Origin: an uncultured Alphaproteobacteria bacterium
GTDB taxonomy: Bacteria > Pseudomonadota > Alphaproteobacteria > Rs-D84 > CACZYB01
Length of the DNA: 64,000 nucleotides
Direction: 5' to 3'
NCBI GenBank assembly: GCA_944390685.1
Contig: CALXQL010000008.1
Span: 15,676-79,675, forward strand
A program made the translations under genes and the position numbers. Of this stretch, positions 9,895 to 19,746 are shown in pieces (position 1 is the stretch's first letter; each line of letters begins with the position of its first letter). The notes beneath the pieces are model-generated. The model made no database searches. It was not told the origin of the DNA and saw only the letters and a list, made by a program, of their open reading frames with translations.

Positions 9895-11367
9895 TTAACT
9901 ATGTGGATTTTGACCATCGTAGAAATTACCAAATTTAAAGTATTCACCGACAAAAGCAACATCAATTGAACCAGTTGGACCATGACGTTGTTTCGCAACA
10001 ATAATTTCTGCCATATTTTTTATTCGTTCCAATTTTGCCTTCCATGTTGCATATTCTTCACTATTTTCGTTTTCAGGTTCCTTTCTTTCATAATAATAGG
10101 ATTCCCTATATACAAATAATACAACATCAGCATCTTGTTCAATGGAACCAGATTCCCTTAAATCTGATAACAATGGTTTTTTATCATCTCGCGCTTCCAC
10201 AGAACGGGATAATTGTGATAATGCTATAACAGGAACATTTAATTCCTTTGCCAAAATTTTTAATCCCCTTGTCATTTCTGAAATTTCTTGAACCCTATTT
10301 TCCGATTTTTTACCACCTGGGGAATTTAATAATTGAATATAGTCAATCACAATCAAAGATAATTTATTATTGCTTATTCGTTTTAATCTTCTACATCTTG
10401 TTCTTATAGCAGATACACTTAAATCAGGTGTGTCATCTATAAATATTGGAACTGTTGATAAAGCCCTTGAATGTTCAGCTATACGATTAAATTCTTCCTC
10501 TGTAATATTTCCTGTCCTCATTTTATGTGCGGAAACTTCGGCTGAAAAAGACAATACACGTGATGCCAATTGATCCGCAGACATTTCAAGTGAGAAAAAA
10601 GCTACTGGACCTTGAAGACTTTCCGGACCTCTATTATTTAATACTTCATTTGCAACATTAAATGCAAGATTGACTGCAAATGCAGTTTTTCCCATACCAG
10701 GACGTCCCGCAACTATTATTAAGTCAGATGGATGAAGTCCTCCCAATTTTTTATCAATATTATCTATACCTGTTGATATACCAGATATACTTCCATCACT
10801 TTTATATGCTTGTTCAATTATGGATAAAGAACTTCTCAAACTTTCTTCAAAATTTTGAAGCCCACTTTCAGAATAGCCAGATGTCGCAAGATCATATAAT
10901 TTTTGTTCCGCAAGTTGTATTTGCCCAGTGGCTGATACCTCTTCATCATTTACCTGTCCACCAAATGCAGTATTAACTATATCTGTTCCTATATTTATCA
11001 AATCCCTTTTTATTGCACAATCGTATATAAGTTTTCCATAATCTTGTGCATTTATTATTGATGTGGCATTACTTGATAGACTTGTTAAATAATCAATACC
11101 ACCTATTGCCTCCAATTCACCACTTTGAAGTAAGTAATTTTTTAATGTTATTATATCGGCAAGATGTCCCTTTTCTATCAATTTTAGACATGCGTCATAA
11201 ATTTTTTTATGTGCAATTTCAACAAAATGTTCTGGACGAAGGTATTCTGATACTTTTTCTATTGCTTTATTATTTGTAATTATAGCTGATAGTAAAGCTT
11301 GTTCTGCCTCTATACTAGATGGAGGTTGCCTTAAAAAATCGCCATTTATATTTTTTTCTTTATCCAT
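9895..11367 (-). CDS. dnaB: Replicative DNA helicase DnaB
   Basis: N-terminal motif PPSSIEAEQALLSAII, Walker A GRPGMGKT and a C-terminal RecA-like domain (IVAKQRHGPTG). Confidence 0.95.
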   Translation of the reverse strand: MDKEKNINGDFLRQPPSSIEAEQALLSAIITNNKAIEKVSEYLRPEHFVEIAHKKIYDACLKLIEKGHLADIITLKNYLLQSGELEAIGGIDYLTSLSSNATSIINAQDYGKLIYDCAIKRDLINIGTDIVNTAFGGQVNDEEVSATGQIQLAEQKLYDLATSGYSESGLQNFEESLRSSLSIIEQAYKSDGSISGISTGIDNIDKKLGGLHPSDLIIVAGRPGMGKTAFAVNLAFNVANEVLNNRGPESLQGPVAFFSLEMSADQLASRVLSFSAEVSAHKMRTGNITEEEFNRIAEHSRALSTVPIFIDDTPDLSVSAIRTRCRRLKRISNNKLSLIVIDYIQLLNSPGGKKSENRVQEISEMTRGLKILAKELNVPVIALSQLSRSVEARDDKKPLLSDLRESGSIEQDADVVLFVYRESYYYERKEPENENSEEYATWKAKLERIKNMAEIIVAKQRHGPTGSIDVAFVGEYFKFGNFYDGQNPHS

Positions 11368-11435
11368 ATAATATAAATCCCTTTATTTTGATGTTTATAT
11401 TATATAAATTTATATCATTTTGCAAGGGTTATTTA

Positions 11436-11467
11436 TTAAAAAATCCCCCTTATATAAAGGAGGATTT
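11436..11467 (-). terminator. Intrinsic terminator after the Yip1-family gene
   Basis: On the minus strand there is a hairpin AAATCCTCC..GGGGGATTT followed by a T-run. Confidence 0.55.
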
Positions 11468-11485
11468 CGTTTAATTATTTTATCC

Positions 11486-12259
11486 TTATTTAGTTTTTAC
11501 AACAGGTAATATATCGTTCATAGAATCCTTTTGAAATTTTACAAAATGATGTTTCAATGCAATACGTGGATTCTTACTTGAAATATATAGAGAACCTGTT
11601 GATGAAAAATGTAATATTATCACAAAAAGTGCAAATATTGAACATATAACCTTTGAAAGATTTACTTCACTTTTTAAACAATAAGTGGTTGCAGTATAAA
11701 GTAAAAATACTATATACAAATCTATTACCAATGAGAAGAAGAATAATATCCAATAATTAAATGCAATTTGGTATGCAACAAATGCTACTGGATACATAAA
11801 TATGCATGATGCAACAGATTTTAATGAAGTTTCAAAATTCATTTCACCCTTTGCTAAATATGAAAAGAATAACATCACTCCTGATAGAGCAAAAGTTATC
11901 AATAATGCATATATTGGCATCAATATTATTGCAGAAATTGCACCAACTAATGTTATACTTGCTATATTAAATAATATCTTTATACCAGCGGTAATCAAAC
12001 CATACATTAAAACCTTTACAATTGCATTTTCGTAATTACCATCTGCTTTTATTGAAGTAAAATATTTTACAGGATGGAATAACATATATAATGCATCTGT
12101 AATAAATTTCTCAATGTTGATTTTTTTTACCTTCTTTTCCGCAGTTTTAAAATAATTTTTTGCGGTTTCAACAACTTCTGGATTTATTGTAGATTTTTTT
12201 GTTGTTGTCTTTTTTGAAGATGTAGTTGTTTTTTTTGCTGTTTTCTTTTTTACTACCAT
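11486..12259 (-). CDS. Yip1-family integral membrane protein with a Lys/Thr-rich N-terminus
   Basis: Five predicted TM helices after a basic low-complexity head (KKTAKKTTTSSKKTTTKK). The Yip1/DUF1282-like topology is my inference. Confidence 0.55.
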   Translation of the reverse strand: MVVKKKTAKKTTTSSKKTTTKKSTINPEVVETAKNYFKTAEKKVKKINIEKFITDALYMLFHPVKYFTSIKADGNYENAIVKVLMYGLITAGIKILFNIASITLVGAISAIILMPIYALLITFALSGVMLFFSYLAKGEMNFETSLKSVASCIFMYPVAFVAYQIAFNYWILFFFSLVIDLYIVFLLYTATTYCLKSEVNLSKVICSIFALFVIILHFSSTGSLYISSKNPRIALKHHFVKFQKDSMNDILPVVKTK

Positions 12260-12395
12260 ATTGTTCTCCTTATTTTGTTAACAAATTTATTATAGTGTAA
12301 TTTTATTTTTAATTCCACAAAAATAATTTGGTAATTGCATTATTTTTCATTTTATAATATAGTATTTTTATAATATTTTAATTTATAGGAATAAT

Positions 12396-13817
12396 ATGAT
12401 AAAAGTTGCGATTATTGGACGACCTAATGTCGGTAAATCTACTCTGTTTAATAAGTTAATCAGAAGAAATGTGGCTATTGTCTATGATACTGCGGGAACA
12501 ACTCGTGATGTTAAAGAATATGTAGTTAGTGATTTTGATGGATTTGAATTCGTATTGATGGATACTGCTGGGCTTGAAAAAGCAAAAAAAGATTCTATTG
12601 CTGATAGAATGACTAATAAAACACTTGATGCAATAAGAGCCGCTGATTTAATTCTTTTTATGGTTGATGCAAAAATTTCTGTTATACCAGAAGATATACA
12701 CTTTGCTAGTATAGTTAAAAAGCATAATAAACCTGTCATCTTAATCGCTAATAAAGCCGAAAATATAAATAATTTTAAAAATAATCTTGGGGATTTTTAT
12801 AAACTTGGCTTTGGTGATCCTATTGCTTTATCCGCTGAACATGGTCAAGGTATGCTAACTTTACTTGATAAATTGAAATCTAAAATAAAACTAATTGAAA
12901 GCGAATCTAATATTCAAAATAATGATGATGAATTGGATTATAATGAACTTAAAGATATAATTGAAATTGTAGAATCTTCACAAGATGAACAACCTATTGA
13001 TTTAAGTGTTAGAGTTTCAATTATTGGACGCCCTAATGTCGGTAAATCTACCCTTGTTAATGCTTTACTTGGCGAAGATAGAATGCTTGTTGGTGATGAA
13101 GCTGGGCTTACCCGTGATGCAATTGATACAGATTTCGTTTATAAAGGACGCGATGTTAAATTGATTGATACTGCTGGGCTTCGTAAAAAATCAAAAGTAT
13201 ATGAAGAACTGGAAAAACTTTCCACCGCAAGATCAATAGAATCAATTAAAAATTCCGATGTTTGTGTCATTGTTATTGATGCGACTTTGGGTATTGATAA
13301 ACAAGATTTAATAATCGCAAATGTGGCTGTGCGTGAAGGGAAAGGCTTAATATTTGTCCTTAATAAATGGGATTTAATCAAAGATAAAAAATATATTCTT
13401 AACCAGGTTAAAGATAAATTGGAGGAATCTTTTGCTCAGGTAAAAAATATACCTATAATTTGTATTTCTGCAATTAAGGCAAAAGGTATTAAGGATATGA
13501 TGAAGGAAGTTTTTGATTTATATGATTTACGATGTCTTCGCATACCTACCGGTAAACTTAATAAATGGCTTGAAAAAATCGTGCTTCGTAACCCTCCTCC
13601 TTTATCACGTCTTAAAAGACCTATGAGCATTAAATATATCACTCAAAGTGCTATTAAACCTCCTACATTCACTTTGTTCGTTGGAGGGGCTTCTATTCTT
13701 CCCGATAATTATAAGCGTTATCTTATAAATTCTCTTGGGGAAGAATTTGGATTTGATAAGATTGTTATAAGACTTAAAACTAGAACAAGTAAAAATCCTT
13801 ATTTGGATAAAAAATAA
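12396..13817 (+). CDS. der: Ribosome-associated GTPase Der (EngA)
   Basis: Two tandem GTPase domains, each with GRPNVGKST and DTAGL motifs, plus a KH-like C-terminus. Confidence 0.95.
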   Translation: MIKVAIIGRPNVGKSTLFNKLIRRNVAIVYDTAGTTRDVKEYVVSDFDGFEFVLMDTAGLEKAKKDSIADRMTNKTLDAIRAADLILFMVDAKISVIPEDIHFASIVKKHNKPVILIANKAENINNFKNNLGDFYKLGFGDPIALSAEHGQGMLTLLDKLKSKIKLIESESNIQNNDDELDYNELKDIIEIVESSQDEQPIDLSVRVSIIGRPNVGKSTLVNALLGEDRMLVGDEAGLTRDAIDTDFVYKGRDVKLIDTAGLRKKSKVYEELEKLSTARSIESIKNSDVCVIVIDATLGIDKQDLIIANVAVREGKGLIFVLNKWDLIKDKKYILNQVKDKLEESFAQVKNIPIICISAIKAKGIKDMMKEVFDLYDLRCLRIPTGKLNKWLEKIVLRNPPPLSRLKRPMSIKYITQSAIKPPTFTLFVGGASILPDNYKRYLINSLGEEFGFDKIVIRLKTRTSKNPYLDKK

Positions 13818-13834
13818 TTAAGAGGGGAATTAAA

Positions 13835-14347
13835 TTGAAAAAAACTTTTAATAATTGTATCGCTATTATATCTTTTCTTTTTGTATTAGATTTCATTTCT
13901 AAATTTTTGATATTAAAAGCTACCGGATTTCCCGTCCCTTTTTATGGACATTATACAAATTTCTTCCCTACATATTTCAGCTTATATAATATTTTCCCTT
14001 TTTTTGATATAATACTTGTTTGGAATGATGGTGTCAGTTTTTCTATGTTATCATCTCAATCTCAATTCGCAAGATGGGCTTTGGTCATATTTACCTCATC
14101 CATTATTGGTTATATCATTTATTTATTAACAAAGGAGAAAAATCCTTTCAATAGATTTTCTTTTGCTTTGATTATTGCGGGGGCTATGGGTAATATATTT
14201 GATAGAATAAGATATGGGGCTGTTATTGATTTTCTTGATTTTTATATTGGTAAATATCATTGGCCTGCATTTAATTTAGCGGATATATTTATATCTGTGG
14301 GTGTATTTTTACTCATTATAAACAATATTTCTTTTAAGAAAAAATAA
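13835..14347 (+). CDS. lspA: Lipoprotein signal peptidase II
   Basis: 170 aa with four TM segments and motifs NDGVSFS and FNLADIFISVG. TTG start 7 nt after a GAGGGG RBS. Confidence 0.9.
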   Translation: MKKTFNNCIAIISFLFVLDFISKFLILKATGFPVPFYGHYTNFFPTYFSLYNIFPFFDIILVWNDGVSFSMLSSQSQFARWALVIFTSSIIGYIIYLLTKEKNPFNRFSFALIIAGAMGNIFDRIRYGAVIDFLDFYIGKYHWPAFNLADIFISVGVFLLIINNISFKKK

Positions 14348-14411
14348 TTGGTTTTTATACTTATAGATAATTTATTCCCTTTCTTTTAATATTAAAAAAA
14401 AGGGGGATATC

Positions 14412-15245
14412 ATGAAAAAATTGATGTTTAAATTATTACCTTATATTGTTTGTGTGATAATTGGTTTTACATTATTTTTTATTCAATTTTTTATAGATAA
14501 TTTTGACATACAAAATTTGGTATTAAATGTCGCTGCTGGATTCATAAGTGTTTCTTGTGTGTTTTTATCTTATGAACTTGCAAAATTTTTCATTGAAAGA
14601 AAAATGCGAAATAAAATAATTACTTATATGCAATATCATATTGAAAAGTCTTTATTTGTAATAGTGAAATATTTTTTTGCATGGTTTTATCCAACAGAAA
14701 GAAATACTATAATATTAACTGATGACAGATTAGATATGCTTTTTTCACTTAATCAACAAATGTTAGAAAAATTCTTCATGGAAAGAAAAATGTTGGGATT
14801 TTTTATTTATAAAAATATAACCCCTGTCATTGAAGAAATGACAGGTGTAATTAAAAATCCTAATTTAAATATATATATGACTCCAAATGAAATGGTGCAT
14901 TTTATGGATATTCTTCGCAATATCACTTTGATAAGACAAGAAATTCTTGATTTCATGCCGGAAGATATGGATACAAGATTTGTTATAAAAAAAGATCCAA
15001 ATCCAAATAATCATCAATTAGAACTTTTTAATAAAAATATCAAAATTGATTATGCTGAATTTGAAACAAATGATATGGATAATGAAAAACTTTTACAATA
15101 TTTTAGAGTGCCAACCGAAAATATTGAATTACTTTCTTCTCAAATTGCTTGGTTATTAAAAGATATTTACGAAATTATTGATATCATGGATATTGATTTT
15201 TGGAAAGAAGAATATGCATATGGTATAAAAAATACAAATATTTAA
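14412..15245 (+). CDS. Hypothetical membrane-anchored protein
   Basis: Two N-terminal TM helices followed by a soluble domain of about 200 aa. I recognise no family. GGGGGA RBS upstream. Confidence 0.5.
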   Translation: MKKLMFKLLPYIVCVIIGFTLFFIQFFIDNFDIQNLVLNVAAGFISVSCVFLSYELAKFFIERKMRNKIITYMQYHIEKSLFVIVKYFFAWFYPTERNTIILTDDRLDMLFSLNQQMLEKFFMERKMLGFFIYKNITPVIEEMTGVIKNPNLNIYMTPNEMVHFMDILRNITLIRQEILDFMPEDMDTRFVIKKDPNPNNHQLELFNKNIKIDYAEFETNDMDNEKLLQYFRVPTENIELLSSQIAWLLKDIYEIIDIMDIDFWKEEYAYGIKNTNI

Positions 15246-15291
15246 AAAGTCCTTGAAAATTTTTATTTTTTCGCTATTCTTTTTCTTATAT

Positions 15292-15367
15292 GTTCCCATC
15301 GTCTAGTGGTCTAGGACACAAGATTCTCATTCTTGCAACACGGGTTCAAATCCCGTTGGGAATGCCA
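15292..15367 (+). tRNA. tRNA-Glu (anticodon CUC)
   Basis: Cloverleaf read by hand: acceptor GTTCCCA/TGGGAAT, D arm GTCT..GGAC, anticodon stem CAAGA/TCTTG with loop TTCTCAT, T arm ACGGG-TTCAAAT-CCCGT and an encoded CCA. The track ORF 15290..15499 is a shadow of this gene. Confidence 0.9.
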
Positions 15368-15374
15368 AAATTAA

Positions 15375-15404
15375 AAATCCCTCTTTTGAGAGGGATTTAT
15401 TTTT
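15375..15404 (+). terminator. Intrinsic terminator (bidirectional: tRNA-Glu and rlpA)
   Basis: Hairpin AAATCCCTC-TTTTGA-GAGGGATTT flanked by an A-run and a T-run. Confidence 0.7.
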
Positions 15405-15417
15405 ACATCATTTATTA

Positions 15418-16533
15418 TTATAATTTCCATTTGAAAGAGCCGTCTTCCTTTAAAATAACACGTGAACCTTCAATTCCATTATTTGTTATTTCTTGTTGAA
15501 TCTTTTCAGCTTCTTCTTTTGTTGTAAATTCTCCTAAACGAACTTTATATAATGTGTTTCCATTTACAACAGATTTGAAAATCTTAACGGTTCCTATATG
15601 TGATAATTTATTTTTCATAGAATCCGCTTTATCATAAGTGGAATAAGCTCCAACTTGAACATAATAATCTCCTGTTGTAGCACTTGTTTGTTGTGGAGCT
15701 GGTGTTTCAACACTTTGTGTATCCTTTTCAATAGGAGTAATTGGTGTTGGTTCAGCAGGTGCGCTTGCAATTGGTGCTACATTTACTGATGAATATTTTA
15801 CATCAGGTGGATAAATATCTGTATTTTGTGATGAGATTGCAAGTTCTTTTAATTTTTTACTTTCTTCTGGTAAAATTTCTACCTTAACTCTTGCACTACC
15901 TTTTGCCTTTATACCCAATATATCTGCTGCTGCAGATGATAAGTCAAGTATTCTATCCCTTGCATAAGGACCTCTATCATTTATTTTTACATTTACAGAA
16001 GTACCATTTTCCAAATTTGTCACTCTTACAAGTGATGGCATTGGTAAAGTTCTATGGGCTGCTGTTAATTTGTTTTCATCAAAGGTTTCCCCGTTTGATG
16101 TTTTTCCACCATGAAAATCAGGTCCATACCATGATGCAATTCCAATTTCACTATATGTATAATCTTCATGTGGATAATAAGATACTCCATCAATTAAATA
16201 TGGATTACCTATTTTATAATTACCCATTGCACCAAATGCTGTATTTTTCACATCAACATTTTGTGTTGTTGTTTCAGTTGTTGTTTGATTTGTTGTGGTT
16301 GTATTTGTTGTGTTTACAGATGTTGTGTCATCTGTATTTGTTGTTTCGGTTGTGGTAGTTGTTGTTGTTTCTGTTGTTGTTTGATTTGTTGAAACATCAT
16401 CATAACTATCATCATAGAATGTTGTCTCTGTATAAGGAACAGGTTGTGTTGCAGAACGTATTGGAACATTATTATTTGTTGCACATGCAGTAAGTAATAA
16501 AATTCCTGTTATACTTAATAAATGTTTTTTCAT
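15418..16533 (-). CDS. rlpA: Septal ring lytic transglycosylase RlpA family lipoprotein with C-terminal SPOR domain
   Basis: Lipobox LLTAC, a Thr-rich linker, a DPBB domain (ASWYGPDFHGGKTSNGE..AAHRTLP) and a SPOR-like C-terminus (YYVQVGAYS..YKVRLGEF). Confidence 0.85.
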   Translation of the reverse strand: MKKHLLSITGILLLTACATNNNVPIRSATQPVPYTETTFYDDSYDDVSTNQTTTETTTTTTTETTNTDDTTSVNTTNTTTTNQTTTETTTQNVDVKNTAFGAMGNYKIGNPYLIDGVSYYPHEDYTYSEIGIASWYGPDFHGGKTSNGETFDENKLTAAHRTLPMPSLVRVTNLENGTSVNVKINDRGPYARDRILDLSSAAADILGIKAKGSARVKVEILPEESKKLKELAISSQNTDIYPPDVKYSSVNVAPIASAPAEPTPITPIEKDTQSVETPAPQQTSATTGDYYVQVGAYSTYDKADSMKNKLSHIGTVKIFKSVVNGNTLYKVRLGEFTTKEEAEKIQQEITNNGIEGSRVILKEDGSFKWKL

Positions 16534-16592
16534 TGTGGTTCTCCTTATTTTACTTTTTTTATAATATCATCTTTTTTGTTTTCGTGCAATAT

Positions 16593-17399
16593 TTATTTAT
16601 TTAAAAAAAAGTATAAAAAAATTGCAAATAATATCCTATATATCGCAAAAATTTTAAATGAAGATTTTTTTACCCAACCTATCATAAATTTTATTGCTGT
16701 TAATGAAAAAATAAATGACATCATTATTGTAAATAATAAATAATTTATATTTATTTTTACAGGTGAATTTATGAACTCCAATACTCCCGCACAACCTGCC
16801 ATCATTATTGTAGGAATAGATAATAAAAATGTATATTTAACTATACTACTTCTTGTTTGACCTAAACCCATGCCTGTTGTAATTGTTATACCGCTTCTAC
16901 TTACTCCTGGAATCAATGCCAATGTTTGTGATAAACCTATTATAAGAGAATCTTTATAGCTTAATTGTTTTAACTCTTTTTGTTTTTTACTATATTTATC
17001 GCTTATATATAACAATATTCCAAAAATTATACTTGTATATATTACTATATTAGGATTTCTAAAATTATCTAAACCTGTTAAGTATATGATACCTCCTATT
17101 ATAATTATAGGAAACAGAGATAAAAGCAGATTCATAAATAATTTATCATCTTCTTCATTTTTTTTCACTCTTAATATACTTAAAATTATTTCATATATTT
17201 CTTTTCTATAAAAATATAATACTGCTAATAATGAACCTATATGTGCAGATATATCAACTATTATACCTTGATCTGCAACATTTAATATATTTGGTAAAAT
17301 TAATAAGTGTCCAGATGAACTTATTGGTAGGAATTCCGCTACTCCTTGGATTAGTGATAAAAGTGTTAAATATATAAAGGGATATAGGCTTTCTAACAT
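16593..17399 (-). CDS. uppP: Undecaprenyl-diphosphate phosphatase
   Basis: BacA/UppP motifs (QGVAEFLPISSSGHL, PGVSRSGITI). 268 aa, polytopic. Confidence 0.9.
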   Translation of the reverse strand: MLESLYPFIYLTLLSLIQGVAEFLPISSSGHLLILPNILNVADQGIIVDISAHIGSLLAVLYFYRKEIYEIILSILRVKKNEEDDKLFMNLLLSLFPIIIIGGIIYLTGLDNFRNPNIVIYTSIIFGILLYISDKYSKKQKELKQLSYKDSLIIGLSQTLALIPGVSRSGITITTGMGLGQTRSSIVKYTFLLSIPTIMMAGCAGVLEFINSPVKININYLLFTIMMSFIFSLTAIKFMIGWVKKSSFKIFAIYRILFAIFLYFFLNK

Positions 17400-17424
17400 T
17401 TTACTCTCCTTTTTAAAAAAAACT

Positions 17425-17453
17425 TGTTTTATTATGCCTTTTTTGATATAATT
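17425..17453 (+). promoter_or_regulatory. Sigma70-type promoter for carD (TTGTTT-N17-TATAAT with extended -10 TG)
   Basis: -35 TTGTTT, a 17-nt spacer ending in TGA, and a -10 TATAAT. Confidence 0.5.
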
Positions 17454-17516
17454 TCTCTATTATATAAGAAAAATTCTTTTTTTCTACTTAATTTTTAATT
17501 ATAGATGGAGTTTGGT

Positions 17517-18077
17517 ATGGCTAAAAATGAATGGGAAATAACGGTTGGTGATTATGTAGTTTATCCTACACATGGTGTGGGACAAGTCGAATCTATTGTT
17601 GATGAAAATATTGCTGGAATGGATATTGAATTTCTTGTTATTCGTTTTGCAAAAAATCGTATGACCCTTAAAATTCCTGTTGATAAAATTGATGTGTCCG
17701 GCCTTAGAAAATTATCTTCTGAATATGAAATCAAAAAGGCTATTGATATCATGAAAACTCCTCCTCAACAAAAACGTATTGTATGGGCTAAACGCGCTCA
17801 AGAATATGAGGAAAAAATAAATAGTGGCGATCCTTTGGTCGTTGCAGAAGTTGTTCGTGATTTATATAAACGTTCTGATAAACTTGAACAATCTTTCAGT
17901 GAAAGACAAATTTATGAACATGCTTTAAGCAGACTTGCTGATGAATATGCTGTCATATATGATTTACCTTCTGATGAGGCCGTTGCAAAAATTGAAGCTA
18001 TCATGGAAAAGGAAGATAAAAAACAACAAGCTAAAAAGAATGTTGAAAAAAATATTGATGATGATTTTGATGAATAA
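17517..18077 (+). CDS. carD: CarD family transcriptional regulator
   Basis: N-terminal Tudor-like motif (VGDYVVYPTHGVGQV) and a helical C-terminal domain. I prefer the second ATG (17517) because GGAG lies 6 nt upstream; the track ORF starts at 17505. Confidence 0.9.
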   Translation: MAKNEWEITVGDYVVYPTHGVGQVESIVDENIAGMDIEFLVIRFAKNRMTLKIPVDKIDVSGLRKLSSEYEIKKAIDIMKTPPQQKRIVWAKRAQEYEEKINSGDPLVVAEVVRDLYKRSDKLEQSFSERQIYEHALSRLADEYAVIYDLPSDEAVAKIEAIMEKEDKKQQAKKNVEKNIDDDFDE

Positions 18078-18103
18078 ATTATTTCTTTTTTCTAATATAA
18101 AAA

Positions 18104-18130
18104 AACCACCTTTTCGGTGGTTATTTTTTT
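18104..18130. terminator. Bidirectional intrinsic terminator between carD and the FNR gene
   Basis: Hairpin AACCACC-TTTTC-GGTGGTT flanked by an A-run and a T-run. Confidence 0.7.
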
Positions 18131-18908
18131 AGTGCTTATCAAAATAAAGATTTCCTTTTTCCTTTAAGGTGTGTCTTTTGAAACCTTTATTTAGGAATAT
18201 TTCAACTGTTTCATCTACCATACGTGGATTTCCACAAAGGAATACATGAAAATCTTCTGCTGTAATTTTTTTACCGAAATCTTTTTCAATTACTCCATCT
18301 AATATCAATGATTGAGCATGTCCCCTATATCCTTTCCATTGTTCACCCATTTCTTGGTCAGCCCTTGAAACTATTGGATAATAATGAAAATATGGTGATT
18401 GTTTTTGTAATTCTTCTAATTCCCCTTTAAAACCCAATTCATAAGTATGTCTTGCACCATGAATTAAGGCAACTTGTCTTTTACCATTTAGTATTTCATT
18501 TTTATGTTCTCTTATAATACTAACAAATGGAGCAATACCTGTTCCTGTGCTTATAAATAATAAATCTGATGTTTCCTCAACCCCATCAAAATTCATAAGT
18601 CCAGCTGGCTTTTCACCCATAAAGATTTCATCTCCTATTTTTAAATCAAATAAACGTGGGGTGAGGCGTCCATCTGGAACCAACACTATATAAAATTCAA
18701 CTTCATCTTGTGATGGTGATGATGTGATTGAATATGCTCTTTTATGCCATTCGCCATCAAGATTATTTTTATCATCAGGTAATCCCAATACAGCAAATTG
18801 ACCTGCTTTAAAATCAAATTTATGTCCATCTTTAAATTGTATAAAAAACAATTTTATTTCTGGTGTAATTTCTTTTATATTTTTTACTATTGCATTATAT
18901 GGCATCAT
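18129..18908 (-). CDS. Ferredoxin--NADP(+) reductase (FPR type)
   Basis: FAD-binding RAYSITSSP motif and NAD(P)-binding motifs GTGIAPF and FLCGNPRM. 259 aa. Confidence 0.85.
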   Translation of the reverse strand: MMPYNAIVKNIKEITPEIKLFFIQFKDGHKFDFKAGQFAVLGLPDDKNNLDGEWHKRAYSITSSPSQDEVEFYIVLVPDGRLTPRLFDLKIGDEIFMGEKPAGLMNFDGVEETSDLLFISTGTGIAPFVSIIREHKNEILNGKRQVALIHGARHTYELGFKGELEELQKQSPYFHYYPIVSRADQEMGEQWKGYRGHAQSLILDGVIEKDFGKKITAEDFHVFLCGNPRMVDETVEIFLNKGFKRHTLKEKGNLYFDKH

Positions 18909-19087
18909 AATTCCTTTTTGTTTGTAAGTTGCTTTATTTTAAAATAAAACTTATAAAAAATCAATTGCAAAAAAATTTTTATATGATATCATTTTTTTTA
19001 CATTACTTTATTAAACAATCTTAACAAAATAATTACTCTTTATATGCTTTTTACAAAGTGTAATTTTTTTATTATAAGGAGACTTGA

Positions 19088-19564
19088 ATGATTGATAAAA
19101 TGCCTATTACTCCAAAAGGTTATCAAAAACTTGAAGACGAATTAAAAGAATTAAAATATAAGGAAAGACCTGCTGTTATTCAAGCAATAAGTGAGGCAAG
19201 AGCTTTGGGTGATTTATCCGAAAATGCTGAATATCATAGTGCAAAAGAAAAACAAGCTTTAATTGAAGGCAAAATCGCTTATTTGGAAAGTGCTCTTGGC
19301 AGTGCTGAAATTATTGATCCTCTTAAAATGTCAGGTGATGTCGTAAAATTTGGTGCTACTGTTAGATTCGTTGATGTCGAAACAGATGAGGAAAAAACTT
19401 ATCAAATAGTAGGTAAAGAAGAAGCTGATCTTGAACATGGTCTTATTTCTTTTGAAAGTCCTATTGCTCGTGCTTTAATAGGTAAATCCGTTGGTGATGA
19501 ATTTGTTGTATCATCTCCAAAGGGAAATAGGGAATTTGAACTTTTAAGTGTTGAATATAAATAG
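19088..19564 (+). CDS. greA: Transcription elongation factor GreA
   Basis: 158 aa with a coiled-coil N-terminus containing the DLSENAEYH motif and a GreA C-terminal domain. Confidence 0.95.
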   Translation: MIDKMPITPKGYQKLEDELKELKYKERPAVIQAISEARALGDLSENAEYHSAKEKQALIEGKIAYLESALGSAEIIDPLKMSGDVVKFGATVRFVDVETDEEKTYQIVGKEEADLEHGLISFESPIARALIGKSVGDEFVVSSPKGNREFELLSVEYK

Positions 19565-19571
19565 GTTTATT

Positions 19572-19688
19572 ATGAAATTTATTATATTATCTTTGATTTT
19601 TTCTTGTTTTTTGGTTTCTTGTGGAGTGAAGGGATCTCTTGATACTCCACCTGAAGCTAAATATAGAAGAACTTATCCCGCTTATTAA
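19572..19688 (+). CDS. Small lipoprotein (38 aa), LptM/YifL-like
   Basis: Absent from the ORF track because it is under 60 aa. Sequence MKFIILSLIFSCFLVSCGVKGSLDTPPEAKYRRTYPAY has the lipobox LVSC followed by G-x-KG-x-L..PP, the pattern of small YifL/LptM-type lipoproteins. Starts 8 nt after the greA stop. Confidence 0.55.
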   Translation: MKFIILSLIFSCFLVSCGVKGSLDTPPEAKYRRTYPAY

Positions 19689-19717
19689 TTTTAGGTTTTT
19701 TATCCCTTTTTTCAAAC

Positions 19718-19746
19718 TTGACTTTATATCTCTTTATTTATAATAT
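19718..19746 (+). promoter_or_regulatory. Sigma70-type promoter for rpoH (TTGACT-N17-TAATAT)
   Basis: A near-consensus -35/-10 pair that occupies the first codons of the track ORF 19718..20680. Confidence 0.5.

Noticed and set aside
15455-15470. CACGTG-containing sequence (AACACGTGAACC) as a third parS
   Set aside because: Only the central hexamer and part of one arm match the 16-bp consensus, and the sequence lies inside the rlpA coding region.
15290-15499. Track ORF of 69 aa (MFPSSSGLGH...)
   Set aside because: It is the translation of the tRNA-Glu gene plus its terminator and the antisense of the rlpA 3-prime end. It is not a protein gene.
16270-16400. Repetitive GTTGTTGTTTC/TGTTGTGG-type DNA that at first looked like a tandem repeat or spacer array
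   Set aside because: It is in frame within rlpA and encodes the Thr-rich linker (TTTETTTTTTTETTNTDDTT...). There are no regularly spaced repeats of constant length, so it is not a CRISPR array or satellite.
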